A stretch of 61,400 nt of DNA, filler included, from Perkinsus olseni (lineage: Eukaryota): the NCBI GenBank assembly GCA_013115125.1. It is 3 parts of 3 records of this genome, joined end to end, with 100 filler letters (N's around TTAATTAATTAA, not from the genome) between each part and the next. Parts side by side here need not be neighbours in the genome. Positions count along the whole stretch, not along the records: positions 1 to 20,468 come from JABANN010000578.1; 2 more parts are not named here. One strand, 5' to 3'. Numbering within the stretch: position 1 is the stretch's first letter; every line of letters begins with the position of its first letter. Position numbers and translations under genes: made by a program. Below the pieces are notes generated by a model. The model made no database searches. It had not been told where the DNA came from and saw only the letters and a program-made list of their open reading frames with translations. Shown here piece after piece: positions 1-13,371 of the stretch.

Positions 1-473
1 CTTGTCGGGGTGAGATTGGATAGACAATGCCAACCGAATGGACAAGACCTGATGGAAGACAGGTTCGAGAGACCTTCTCCAGGGAGGCGGTTACCTTGAA
101 AAGGTAAGGCAACTGCTTGACGCTGCCGAGGAACTCCTTGCCCTCTGTTGTGGCTAGCCAGGCGTGGATGGTCTCACCACCCTCAGCCATGTGGCATACA
201 CCATTAGGATGATCACCCATCCACAGCTCAGCATACGGCTTGCTCTCGTCAATCTTGAAGCTGCCAGTATGATCTGTGGCGAAGAGCGCGATACCACCTC
301 CTCGAGAACAGAGACACCCGACGGGAAATCACCGACGTCCCCCCCTCACTACCTCCTTCCTTAGCCAGCAGCGCTACTTTGCTTGTCGAGCCCATTTTAC
401 CCCAGGCATAGTTCTGAATGGCCGGCTCCACGAGACGGAGGGTAGACGAGGACGATGATGACTGGACACTCAT
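1..473 (-). CDS. MPI: Mannose-6-phosphate isomerase (type I PMI), 5' part; runs off the window start; spliced
   Basis: Minus-strand exons read MSVQ...IQNYAWGKMGSTSKVA, KPYAELWMGDHPNG, QLPYLFK and ALSIQSHPDK, which are the hallmark PMI type I motifs. Confidence 0.93.
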
Positions 474-776
474 ATTATAGAAAGAATGAACTTATCTGCC
501 CGGCGGAAGTCAGAGCGACTCCGTACAATGCTTCGGCAGTCCGAATTCGAACACTCCCGAGCAAAGTCCGTTACCAACATCCCTATCATGGCCAGCTCGC
601 GAACCCGCAGCATGAATTAGAACAACTCAGTCGGATCATAGTCGAACTCGTCGGATCCGAGATACGGGACACAGCACACAAACCGCACCATATGCACTCA
701 CCACAAGTGATCCGCGCACACGACACCTTCAAGTCCTCGAGAAACATGAATATCGGAAACATTGAAAAGCATGCAT

Positions 777-3433
777 TCAAGCTTCGATACGCTGCACAGT
801 TCCCTCCCCCGAACCGAGCCGATCCATATTGGACATGCCGAGAGCTGCTCGTAAACCCTCATCCTCGGGCAGGTAAACCTTGATGCCATCCTGCTGTGCT
901 TGGGCCTCTAACAAGCTGTACCGTCCAGCTGAGACAAGGCAAAAGCATCGACTCCACAGTATACGGGAAATGATAGAAAACTTGATGCGACGAGAGACCG
1001 GGTGCTGCCGGCCTGTGAGCTCTCAAGTATCTGTCCTATATACGTGATCAAAAGTCGGGCTACTCCTCCAAGCTAACGGCGGTCACCGCGACCAGGCTGC
1101 TTGAAACGAGCCATCACTACTACATGCATAGAACTCTTCAGTGATCTGCCGCACTTCCTCGGTGGAAGGCGCTATCAGACGCTGGATGGGGATCTGCCGT
1201 TCCCGGAAACTAGGTACCAGGGCATCAGGGTACAGCTGTGTCCGGATCTCGTCCTGAACGCTGCAATTGAGGCGCCCGAGTAGCTCAGTTAGCACTACCA
1301 CAAGCCGCTTTATTCCCAGGCCGAAGCGGGCACTGGTACCGATGACAACAACCTCAGGGAAGCGTGCTCGGAGACGGAAGTAGAGCGAGTCCAGGTGGAA
1401 GAGGGAATCTCTGAGGAACACCAGTACGGAGTCTTCGGGTGTATCCTAGTGAGAGGTCCCATTGCCGGAAAGCAGCCCCGGTGAAAAGAAGAAACGACCA
1501 GGCCGTAGAGCGCTGCTGCTTAGCCGGAAGTGAGCAGAGCACACAATCGCTGTCCCGTGTGTCCTACTTGTGCAGCATATCACACATAGTGGCACAGACT
1601 ATCCACTTCCTCTGATCGTTCCAGGCACTATCGTGCTTCATCACCTCGTTATAAACGACCTCAAAGTCCTTCAGGGGATCTTCGGACGTCCCCACAACAT
1701 CTAGACCTACCACGGTAGAGCTCGACGTAAGCAGAACTTGCGAGGATTATCTCCGAGACCCGACCGCGAGCAACACTGTGCGCGCCGAAACGATCAATGG
1801 ATGGCATCGGGGAGTGAGCCCAACAGCAGCCTGCCTAGGCTCACCCTTGCCCATCTTGATAACGTAGACCAGCAGCTTGGCTCGATACATATGCCGCAGC
1901 ACTCGCAGCCCCCGGAGCCTATCCTCAGCCGCTCCCTCAGTGATGCCAGGCAGGTCCGTGAGCTTGATATTCACACCGTCACGGAAGCGAATGACCTGTG
2001 GTTGGACTTCCCGGCCGGGGAGTGGTAGAGCAGCACTACTCCCGTATGTGGTCGTGTTGTCGAGTACTCCTCTGGTCCAATCCTGGTCATCATTCGGCAC
2101 ACTGAGGAGGCGATGGAGCTCTTACCGCTGTTCGGTTTGCCCAACTGACGGCAGGGGAAGGTGTATTAGCCGGGCCAGCGACAGCAGCAGCGCGTACCAG
2201 CGCGACATCGGTGACCAGCCTGAGCTCCAGCTCGAGCTTTCTGCCCTCCCCAGGCGCCCCCATACGACCGTCGTGCTTCTTGAAGCTGCTGTAGCCCACT
2301 CCTGAAACCACCGCCCTGACCACCCCACACCTCCGCAAGGACCCGCAAGACCTCCTTTGCCGCCCTTGCATATTCGTATCATCTCCTTATCGGCGAGGAA
2401 CTGGTAGAGGAACCTGATGCATACACAGACCACCCATCTGTGAGGGATGGGCGTCCTACCGAGACCGATGGACGCTTCGATTGGCATCGGACTTGTGGCC
2501 GGTCTTGCCTCGCTCCCTGACGATCGTTCCAGGCGGGACATAGATGGTGCAGTCGTCACCGTGGATACCTGGCAACGCATTTAACGCGGACTTCTCCGGT
2601 AGGAAAGCTACTTGGAGGTTGTTACCTCTGCCGTGTGGATTGACTTGCCCTCCATTGCCGCCATTCTTAGCGTGGACCTATACCACAATCGAGAATAGCC
2701 AGCCTCTCCCCACGACCTACCTCCTGCTTCACGCTGAGGAGGCTATCTATCTGGTCGGTGCAGCGCATGAAGACATGTCCGCCGTGGCCGCCGTATCCTG
2801 GGCCCTTGAAGCCATACGTCCTGAATAAGACCAGTGATCAGTACCACGGTTGATACATAGCAAAGGTGGCGTTCGAGCCTCGCCAAACGCAATGAACCGA
2901 TGTGAGAACCCACCTCTTAGTCTTGGGTTTAGGGTCCCCTCCCCGGCCAGCCCGGACACTCACCCACATCCGATCGACGAAGGGAACGTTGTGTCTGGCG
3001 AGAGCGGCCTCAGCGAAGGTGAAACTCGCCACACTGACCTCGGGAAGGACTCCATATCAGCCTGCTCCGTCACCGTCTCCAGTACACCATCGCCGCCAGC
3101 TCCCTCCAGGGACGAGGGGGCCGAGGACAGGTCCCAGGTGTTACCTGCCGGGCCCCTAGTCGGACCTACAGCTGCCACCGCTGTGCGAAGTCGCCTACCT
3201 GCCTCCAAAGTGAATACCTCCCCCGTGTGAGAGACCGGCCGATCGACGAACTCTGGCTCATAACCATCACCACCGTTCGCCGCAGCATCCGCAGCGTAGA
3301 GGTCGGCCAGATTTACCACACCGCCCTTCGCGGATTCCTCCGTACAAAACCGCCGCTGCAGCTGTATACAGCATGTAAACGTACGCCGGGGGAGGTGGTC
3401 CAGATTCCGGGCCAATGCCCTCAACCGAATCAT
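777..3433 (-). CDS. Obg/CgtA-family GTPase, probably organelle-targeted; multi-exon; 3' end approximate
   Basis: OBG fold motifs PFVDRMWVSVRAGRGGDP, GGHGGHV, IYVPPGTIVR, GGKGG and ELELRLVTDVAL. G1 GKPNSGKS, G3 DLPGITEGA..RGLRVLRH, G5-like GTSARFGLGI. The Arg-rich N-terminus MIRLRALARNL resembles a mitochondrial presequence (inference). Confidence 0.85.
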
Positions 3434-3530
3434 CGACTGTGAGCGGCACTCGCCGTCGTCATCATCCCCACTAGCAACACAAGTCTCGTACGGTTGAAAG
3501 AGACATGGGACTTCATGAGCTCATCGCATG

Positions 3531-6500
3531 CTAGGACGCAGCGGACTTCCTCGCCTTCTCCTCTCGACGCTGTCGTGCCCGTTTCTCTTTCCGTCGTACT
3601 GCCGCCTCGTCGTCCATCAATCTGCCCTCCAACCATGACCTACAGGTAGGGCCTCATATCAGTACCATCTCATTCAGACCGCTCTCTGCGGGAGTTGAAT
3701 CGTCCCATTCCCAGCTAAGAGGCTTACCGTGCAAACTCCGACCTCATCGAGGGGTCCAAGTACCCCAAGTCCCCACTCGATACATTGGTAACCTGATACT
3801 TCGCTCGCTTCCCCGACCCGCCGGTTTTAGGAGGCGAGTCCATATCCAACCGCCACACGCACGTGCACAAAAATATCAGTGATAACGTCGTTAAGATTAC
3901 CGCTCCTGCAAAATACAGCTTCGCTCCGCTCGAGTCCAACCCGAGCGGCACCAGTGGGCACAACACCCTATACCGCCCATCGCCATCGCACAGCTTCACA
4001 TAGACGGGCCCTAGAGGATGCGACCGGTCCACCGTATCGAAGAAGTCGTTTCTGTATAGGAGGGAATTGGTGTCCTGGAGAAGAGCTTGCAGGAGGCGAT
4101 ACAGCCCCATAGGGGAACGTTCCCTCTCATCGTAGTGGACTTGCACCACCCTCTCCGGAGCGGGCTTCAACACGACACTCACCACCACACGGTCAGCCTC
4201 CGTAGGCGTGGAGCCCCGAGAAATGAGTTCCATCTGGAACCTGGTCGGGTCCGTGTCGAGGATGTCCGCCAGCTCATACGTGAAGCGGTAATTGAAGTAG
4301 TCCCGAGCCGGATCATCGGCCGAGAGATTGTAGAGCCTCTTGCTGTCAGCAGCTGGGTACTTCATGCGTATCGTCACCATCACCGCCTGCTCCTCTTCCT
4401 CTAGCGGTGTGATCGCCACCAAACCAGAGTCCGGAAAGGCCATCGACTCTTCCGCCCGACACTCACCCGCTACAGGAACGGTACGACTCGGACAGTGCTT
4501 CAAGCAGGTTCCTTGAACCATCACATGCGGGGCCTCGCAGCTGGGCCGCACCACAATACGGCCGACGTCGAAAACCTCTCCAAAGTGGACGACACATATT
4601 CTAAAGTGGCCCGTCTCCGTAGCTCGGACATTGGCGAAGCTGAGCTGTGTCTTGGCCTCGTCCACTGTAGGGGCCTCTGGGATTGACCACGCCTGTCGGG
4701 GGAGAAGCATCATCATCATCCAACCTCCAATGCTACTACCACTACTACCAATAGTACCCCTACCACTACTACTCCAGTCACTGAGTCAGTAAGTACATGT
4801 ATCCGTCAAGGGACGTTCGCGCCTCGAGAAACGGTGAATTTATGGTATTGCTCTATTCATATCATAAGCCACTACTACTGCCACATGCGATGAACTGTAC
4901 TCTGGGCGAAGGCGGTGCCCACCAGAGGGTACTGAAAGTTCACTGAGAGCTACTACTTGCGGGAAGCTACATGGTTATCGGTAAAGTTCACACTCCGCCC
5001 TGACGATGCACGCACCTGAGACATCCGGGCCTCAACATCAGCAGTGCACTCATCGTCCTCTCTGATGACCACCACTCGATCATCGTCATATAGATTGAAT
5101 CCAGACACGGTGAGGTCCGCGGCCTCCTCGTAAAGTTGTGGACAGACGCAGCGGTCCAGCTCACGCTGGCTACAGGGATCCGTTATCCAAGGGTCACACA
5201 TGGGCTCCGAGAGACACCGTCTGTTCACGTTCGTGCTGTACTTTGCCTCGTTTATCATATGGTACCTCAGCAGCGAGAAAGACTCACCTCAGGGAATCGA
5301 GTTCAATCTAGCCTCGCCGAATGCATCGTGTCTATCACTGCTATACAGAAGGCCCATTCCTCCCTCGGAAAGCAGACGACCACCAACTCTTATACGCCAA
5401 GGCCTGTTAGCTATGCTCCTGTTGCGCACCGTCATGGAGGCTATCGAGACGCACTGATAAGAAGGGACTCACCTTATGCCTCGCTCGAATTGATACACAC
5501 AGTATTGCTGCTCATCATATGGCCCATCGCCCACCAACGGGGAGTCCTTCACCGGCTCCTCCAAGATGTTGCCCACCGATCTTATCGTCAGCCTCGGGTC
5601 GTTCTTATACAGACTTCTTGGCAGGATGAAGCCTTGACTCTCTTCAATTTGAAACTTTAACTCGCTGAATTCCGCCAAGGACTGCCCGGGCGCGATCGGC
5701 AAGGTGAGTTCCATAGCATCCTGGTCCCACAGAGCTGTCGCGTCCTCTATCATGTGGGCATCCCTCCCTGTAAGATAGATGCTCCTCGTGTTACGATCGA
5801 TGTTGCGGAAGTCCAGCAGTTTTATGATGATCGGGCTGTCCTCGGCTATGCTGACCGTAGGGACCAGGGTGACCGTCATCCGGAACGTCCGCAGCGCTTC
5901 TCGTGGTTCGTATCTGGCGTCCGATAATCATAAGTCACGATGTGGAATACACTGCTGTGGTTGAGCTTATGTAGACGACGAAGTGACAAGTTCACTTATA
6001 CACCAAGAACGGCGTACGAAGGGATTCAATACTACGGCTCGGCGCAGGGAATGTTGTTGGTTGAAAGTGTTACATAAAGTTAGATGATCCGATAAAAACT
6101 TACGCGGCACTTCAGAGCCACTGAGAGATATTAACGCGGGCGAGCGACCGCATTCGGCTACTGCCACGCTGACTTACACAAACTTGGAGACATCAAAGGT
6201 CCTTGGAACCACCATCGGGCTGAGCTTGATCCTTTCGAGGAATATCATCTGCCCCCTCACGACCTCAATAGTGAGCCTCTCGTCATTCTGCGACATCCTC
6301 GGAGGCAACCTTATGAAGCCCTCCTTCATGCAGGCGTTCTCTCACCACTCACCGGAAGGCTGCGATGTCGGCGTCCAGTCTAACCACAGTAGAGGCATCG
6401 TTAGGCACCCTCTGGCTAGGCGACACTTCCAGGTCCAACGTCTCGCTGGTCGCATCCCAGGTACCTGACGTTCAGTCGAACTCGACTGGCTCGGAGCAGG

Positions 6501-9500
6501 ATTCCTAAGGAAAACCTGCTACGACAACCAAGGTAGCCGGATCCTTAATGCTAAGATACCGTGGAGAAACTCCGCCCAAGGCGAGCTATGGGCGAGTGCT
6601 TGCGGGACCCTCACAAGAGCTACGAGAACCGGGCCGATCGAGCTTCATCAGTGAAGGTCTTCGAGCAAGCATGAGCATGTCAATATCGCCAGGAACGGAA
6701 GAGGATAGCATACTGTAGAGCATCTCCCACTTACCGTAGTAGGCGATTCCATCAGTAGTCATGAAGCGCTTATAGCCAGGGTCGAGAACGTTGGTGGTCG
6801 GGGGACTGAGCACGCCATTCCAAACCTTCGTAGTGGTGTAATGACAGCGCTACCTCAACAGGGGTCTCGCACTCCGGCACTGGAAGCCTGGCAGGTGAAG
6901 GCGTATGACCGACCCCTGTGGCAGCATGACGTTAGGCCGCAACGTGATGAGGATGGTTGAGATCGTGCTTGGGTAGGGTACGGCATCCCCATCACCGTAC
7001 CTGACGCCATCCGCGAGTCTTGATCTAAGGACGCCTGTAAGGCCAACAGTACTCTAGCTGGCTGAGCACGAAGGTCTTGGCTGCTCTGTTAACACGAGAG
7101 GTGAAGTTGAACGTTTGCGTACCAGCCGATGGGATGCCCGCCTCTGGGATGTACCTTATGTGACAGTGCCGCTAACATGCTCGTTCAAGTTGAACCGTAA
7201 AAATTTTTGTGTATCGCCACCCGTTTTGGTGAGCAAGAAAGTACAAATGATGTCGCTTCATCTGGACGTATTGACATACAGTCCGTGCCAATCCGGCACG
7301 CAAAGTTCAGTGTGAGGCAGGAGCCGGAACCGTTCTACCGAGTACTACATGTAAAGGCTAGGGTCCGTCTGATACATGGCGTAAGGTAGAATGAACCCCT
7401 GGTCCTGCTCAATAAAAAAGCTGGTCTGGCGGCCCGATAAGATCTGCAAGCCGCCCATATGGTAGCGAAGCCCGTCCTTCCCAATCTTACTGTGACAGCT
7501 TCGACTACGACGGTGAGGAGCTGATCGCCATTATCCCATGCACCTTGGGAGCCCTTGAACAATGGGGCATTCACGCCGCTCAGACGGATGTACCCACTGG
7601 GATCCCCTCCTGTCGAGTCAACCTGAGAAAGCTGGGGAGCTCAGGACTAGTTTTCCGCTCTTCAGTCGAATACCACACTCTCAGCTCCTCGTAGCAACAA
7701 ACGACCAAGTACTTGCCCACCTCACCCGTTGGATGCCGCCCAACTTGAAGTGTATACGCGTGCCCGGTAGGATGTCCGAATTGGCGGTGAACTCGAACTC
7801 CAGCCTGCTCTGAGCGTTGGCCTCAGCTGGTTCGAACACCAGCCTCGAGTCAGTAATGTATCTGAAGATACAGCAACACCTCGATATTGCGGGACGTGTC
7901 ACGACCCACTTGGGAGGGCCAACAGCAGGGACTCTCTTGATCGGTTCCCTTTTGATATAAGAACCCAGAGCCTCGATCGTGAGAAGACCGTCACCCTCAG
8001 ACAACTTCGAGGGGAGCTTCAGCCCGGTCTCCCAGGGTATCGTCACCTAACGCGACCTAGTCGCCCGAGGGTCCACCCGGCCAAGTCCGGTGGCAGCCTT
8101 ACCACAGTATCGATGTCATTAGGAATGACTCTCTCATCAGCCACAGTGAGCGTCAGAGTCCAGTCCACTGCATCCCACTCGGCGACCTTATTCTTGAACT
8201 TATCCGCCTCTCGTGTGTTCTCAAGGGGAAGCGAAGTCATCTCTTCCGTCCCTCCACCTGCACCTCAACTGAGCCGCATGCTCAACGAAAGTCGAGAGCC
8301 CCAACAGGGAGTGGGCAGGGGAGGGACGGGAACGGTATGATTCAGTCTGACGAGCCCGCCGAAGGTAAGCCTACTGGTGAGCTTGAAGCCATACAGATGC
8401 AGTACGATAGAGTTCTTCTGATAAAGGATTATGCTCGGCCTCAAGCGTAACGTGATCTGACCAACACAAGATGCCCTCAGCGTTGCTAACACCCGCCTCA
8501 CACTCGAAGGGTTCTCCGGTTCCATCGGGTTGAAGGAAAGCTCAGACACCATGAAGGCCTTCACTTCCCCACCCTCCAGAGGCTAAAATCTCGGCCAGGA
8601 GTAACGGAGTGGAACAACGTGGCGGAGAGCTCACCTCTCCGACCCTAGGTGACGACTGGACACTCTGCGGGGTGGACATCTTATCGCTGTTCCGCAGCAG
8701 CAGTGATGGATCATTCTCATACCTGCTCAGCTTTAAACGAGTGACCGGCGAGAGACCACCACTCACAGTGCGCCAGGCAGCTTGAGGTTTCGGAACCCAA
8801 GTGTGATTGGAATCTCCTCTCCTGGGACGGCATCGGGATTCAACAGCTCCGCTCCTGCGCCGGAAAAGTATCTGCGGCCTGTGGGTGACCCCACTCAACC
8901 TACTACTACAGGGGGGAGTTCAACGACCCCAACAAGGGTACGGCAACCGGAAAGGCACGCCAGACGAAATGAGATGGTCTACATGGTGCGGTTGACCTCC
9001 AACTTGAGCTCGTTGGCGGGAAGGTCGAACCTTCCAGCAGAGTCTCGGAAATAGTCCGCCAATCTGACGAGCGCGAAATGTAGCAACGGGTGGCCGGGAG
9101 CTCCTACGGGCCGAAGAGCGGCACTGTTGTCTCTGACGTCTGAAAGCCTGGTAGGGTGAGGTATATTATGTTACCTGACTTATGCATATGGGCTATGGAG
9201 GTGGAGAGTGGTCAGGAGAACCGATTGCCGGTTATTGCGGCCCACCGTCAAAGAGAGGTCTGCTGCAGGTGAAGGTGAAAAGGACGTTCACTATATCGTA
9301 GGGAACGAGGCTGGAGTAATTAAGCTTGGACACGCCGAACTTGCGCACCCCAGGAACCTGCGTCCAGCCCGTCGCTAGCGCATACGCAGGCTCTCGAAAA
9401 TCACGTAATCTGACTGAAAGACGCCCGTCTTGGGTATGAGTTCATCCACAGTGTCTCTGCTCCTAGCTTCTATCATGAAGCCCGGATTGTTCGCCTGGAC

Positions 9501-11200
9501 CTCCTCCGGCAGTACGAACTCCCCTGGCTGTGTGGTGAAGGAGACCTGCTCCTCAATATTACTGTGGCCTTCCTGCAGGAGTAGCGATACCTTGCGACCG
9601 CTCTCCAGAGTAACGCCTTGGCGCAGAGAGAATGTGAGGGTCCTTAGAGTCTGGTCCCAGGTGGCAAAGTACCTGGTGAGAGACCTCTGGATAGCCACAC
9701 CAGCTGGAGGGTTAGAAGGCTCACTCGAAGAGGGTCCAGTCATCGCCAGGGGTACTGAACAGCAGCGTGTTACTTGTCTCAGCAGGAGACCGGGTGATCC
9801 CATCCAGGTAGCTGAGCGTGCGATGGAGAGGTCCTTGCGGCCGTTAAAATGGTGACACTCACACTATGATTTTAGCCTGGTTAGCTAGGCTCTGTGCCGG
9901 CCTCACTGTGATGGTTATTTGAGTGTAGTAGAGAGATGTCGGGGGGTCGAATTGAACCTAGGGTCTATGCCGAGTATGATCAAAATCCTTCGTTCTGACT
10001 TGCAGTAGCTGCCAGTAGTTGCCTCGGTCTATCTCCGGCGAGTTCTTGATAGACTGGACCTCCATCTTGACCTCTGGGGTGGAGGTTGGTATCCGGACCG
10101 TCAATGCTGCGTTGTTCAGCGGCGATGATATCGGCAGGTAGAAGCAGCACAACTGAGGGCAATAACAAGAGCACCGCTCCTTAGTGTGCGCAGCATGGCT
10201 TGGTGTCTACCACGCAAATAAGAGGTTGGAAGGCCCGGCCCGCAGTACTCACATTAAACTCTGTTTCTTGACTGGACGGGAGGCTAACAATCTCTAGGAT
10301 GACTCGTTCCTGAGATGATCGACTGGCTAAGCAGTGTCAGCGATGACCGCTGTTAGGTAGTCAGTCAGCAAGCGCTTATATCCTTCCAGGGGACTTGCGC
10401 CCCTCGAATTACGGGAAAAATGTGCCATTGCGCTCTGTTAGTAATATCCTTCCGAGCGCGTTAGCTGGCAGGTACTACTGCCAGTACTAGTAGAGAGGCA
10501 ATACCCTACGGACGGCTCATTTCGTAAGGCAGTCCACACTGTTAGCCTACGGGTCGCGAAGCTGCTGCTCTCACCTCAGTCGGCGATGTCGGATCGGTAT
10601 CACAATAGACGAATGATGAGAACTCCGGCAAGGCGTCAAGCGTGGATGGAGTGGTGACAGTGAGGAGCTTATGGAAGGGGTCTGCCGCTGCCGAACAGAT
10701 GTCGGGTATCGGGGATCCTGGTACGTCCCCATAATAAGCTTCGCAGTTCTCTTCCGTCCCTGACAGCGACACTAGTATCTCTCTGACTGCGGACACCCGA
10801 GGACCTCTCGCAGCTCGACCTAGGTGGCCCGGGTCTCATCAGTGGCGCTTAGTAGCGTACCGACTGTCTACACCCAAATCACCAGAAAGCAAGTATCAGC
10901 CACCCGAGTACCGCTTACGTGAGTCCCCAACACACCCAAAGCCCGGTAGGTGTATGTGCAAGGACAAGACCTGACTAGCTGTAGAGGTGAGGGTCTCTGA
11001 CGGTTGTAGTATAACAGTGACAGTCGAGAGGGCCTGAGGGGAGGCCTTCAATGGTCCGCAGGAACGGGACAGCTCACCTCAGGAGTGGCGGGGTTATAGG
11101 CCAGTGTGGAGACGTAGAAGGTAGGAGGATAGGTGAAGGTATTGGCGGGGCCACCAAGGAGAAAAAGGCAGTTGCAGACGAGGATGACCACTCTGAGCAT
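3531..11200 (-). CDS. Very large type I membrane protein: signal peptide, ~8+ tandem beta-rich repeats, Cys-rich region, SEA-like segment, single TM, basic cytoplasmic tail; many exons
   Basis: First exon MLRVVILVCNCLFLLGGPANTFTYPP (ATG at 11200). Recurrent motifs WDQTLRTLTFSL, WDAVDWTLTLTV, WDNGDQLLTVVV, WDQDAMELTLPI and SP/VPxVG. TM LYFAGAVILTTLSLIFLCTCVW. Last exon SWLEGRLM...KSAAS* ends at 3531. Confidence 0.75.
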
Positions 11201-11436
11201 GGTCCGACCCCACATAGTAGAACAGGAACAACCTGCGGACGAAAAGGGACTACAGTAGTCACAAGCCTAGGGAAGACAGAGGCGGCCACGCAGGCGCCGA
11301 CAAGCCGATCACGAGCTCCAGTGCGATACCCTGAGGTCATAGCTCCCGTCGGCAGTGTGAACTAGGGAACTCAACAGACAACGTGGATGGTGACAACACA
11401 GCATGGTTCACTACGAGAGATGAGGGTCCTCCTCAA

Positions 11437-13259
11437 TCACACCTGCAGGACACAGAGAGCCCATCAGTCCCGCCTTCTTTTTTCAATCTTACTCTAGGTC
11501 TAGCAAAAGCCGATGGGAAGGAAGCCTTCAAGTTCCTAGTATTCATCACAACGGACGGCATTGGATTGGCCGGGGATCGCGAGGTCGAGTTCGGTTTCCA
11601 CGGCGGAGGTGCTGTCTCCTGAGACATCACAGCCGCTGTCGTCCACACCGACAGTAGCCGGTTGTTACCTCATTTTTGGGCCTTCGCTTCGCCTCCACCG
11701 GTCGTTCAGGAATATGCTCAGGGAAGGGGCTCATCGTAGAAGCATGACCTAAGACTAGCTCTCATATAGGTACACAAGCCTGCATTACCCATCTTGCTCG
11801 GGTTTGGCGGTCTGAAAGGCGCTTCATGCTGCGCTTGGGCGATCTTGGGCTTCGAGAGTGCGCGCTAAGAGACTGTCCGCTGCCACCAGGCAACACACTG
11901 ATGGTACTCACTGGTATACCGTAGGGCTGCTCGCAATGGTAAAGCTCGGAGTTCTTCTGGAACATCTACAAATCGAGTATCATGGCTGCTCCTTAACAAG
12001 GGACTTACCTTGCTGGTATCGTTGCAGGCTCCGATACGGAAGGGCATCTGCTCCCCTTGTCGTTCCCTGTTGCGTTTCATCTCCTCGAACTAAAGTGAGA
12101 TCGAGGACCATACTCATGGCTCACCCACAAACGACTCGGTTGAGATACGGTTTACGCTTACAACAGAGTACTCCGAGCACCATCGCCACCGAAGCAGCGG
12201 ATTGAGACCATGAATGATAGTGAGACGATGAGTCATTAGGGCAATCCGGCAAGCGTAGCGAGGGTAGTGGATAATCCGTGCGAGCAGCACGCCCCGCCAG
12301 CATCGTGCAGCTGGATTGTACGCCCGTCCAACTACCTTCGTTTTCCGCATGGCATCGTACTCGTCCGCCACGTACTCCGGCAGCGGCGAGAAGAGCACGC
12401 CTGATGCAGTCCGTCGATCAACACCATCCAGCAGGCCTACTACCTGGCGTGAGAACCCCTCCACCACCAACCTTGGCAGGGGACGTAACAAAGTTCCTCG
12501 GGTAGGGGTAGTCCTTGTACTTATCGTACAGAGCCTTGGGGTTCCTGTTCCCTGGGGGTATGTAGTAAAGTAAGCATCATAATGCAGCGAGTGGTACTAC
12601 CAGTTTTATGCTCGACATATTCATAGGCACTAGGAGGGACTTTAACCGAGCCGGCCGGTTTGAACTGGGTCTCGGGGTCCACTGCCTTTACCTAGGGTGA
12701 ACATAAGATACGCCCAGCGAATTACGCTGCGATGAAAACCAAACCGAATTACAAGATACTCGGACTGTTTCCACCACGCCAGCACCGATCGTTCTACCTT
12801 TCTCCCGCCCAGCCGCCTTCCAGGGTCCATGTATAGGTCGCCATTGCAAAGGGGCTCCCTGTGGCAAACAAGGACCAATCACACACGCTAGCCTCGAGCA
12901 CTACGGGAAGGAGAAGAGGGCGTCGACCCCACTGCCCTTCTTAGGTGGGTTGGTCATTGCGTTACGGCCGAAATTGGGAAGTTCCTCGTCCGTCTTGGCT
13001 GAGGGAAACGGGAGAATGTGGACAGCTTTAGCGATGCTCTCTCACGCTTCCGCCTTGTGGTCTTGAAAGCGGTGTCCTCACCGATACAGAGGGGCGCGGC
13101 ATAGCCGAAGTAGCCGAACCTGAAGGATATCTTGAGGTTGAGCGAGGTTTTCACAGAGGCCAAAGATTCCTTCCCCTACCGCGGCTTGTTTGACTCTTCT
13201 AAGGTTTCTTCGTAAATCCGACAGCGCTTCTCATCGAGAGACTCCTTCGGTCGGCCCAT
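11437..13259 (-). CDS. DUF4586 / C4orf47 (CFAP96)-like cilia-associated protein; multi-exon
   Basis: Spliced reading MGRPKESLDEK...PRFGYFGYAAPLCIGED, NGDLYMDPGRR, RNFVTSPAKVGGGG, PEYVADEYDA and PPWKPNS...PMPSVVMNTRNL follows the motif order I recall for DUF4586 proteins. Confidence 0.65.
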
Positions 13260-13371
13260 GGCACGAAGTAAACTCTGAATGGAACTGACTGGCTTGGGGG
13301 GTCGATCTTTCCAGGTAGCGTTGAGGAAATACAAGACATTCCAAGGAGGGCAAGATTATTCTTGGAACCGC

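Noticed and set aside
455..883. 142-aa plus-strand ORF between PMI and Obg
   Set aside because: No recognisable motifs; it overlaps the probable last Obg exon on the opposite strand and is likely a chance ORF.
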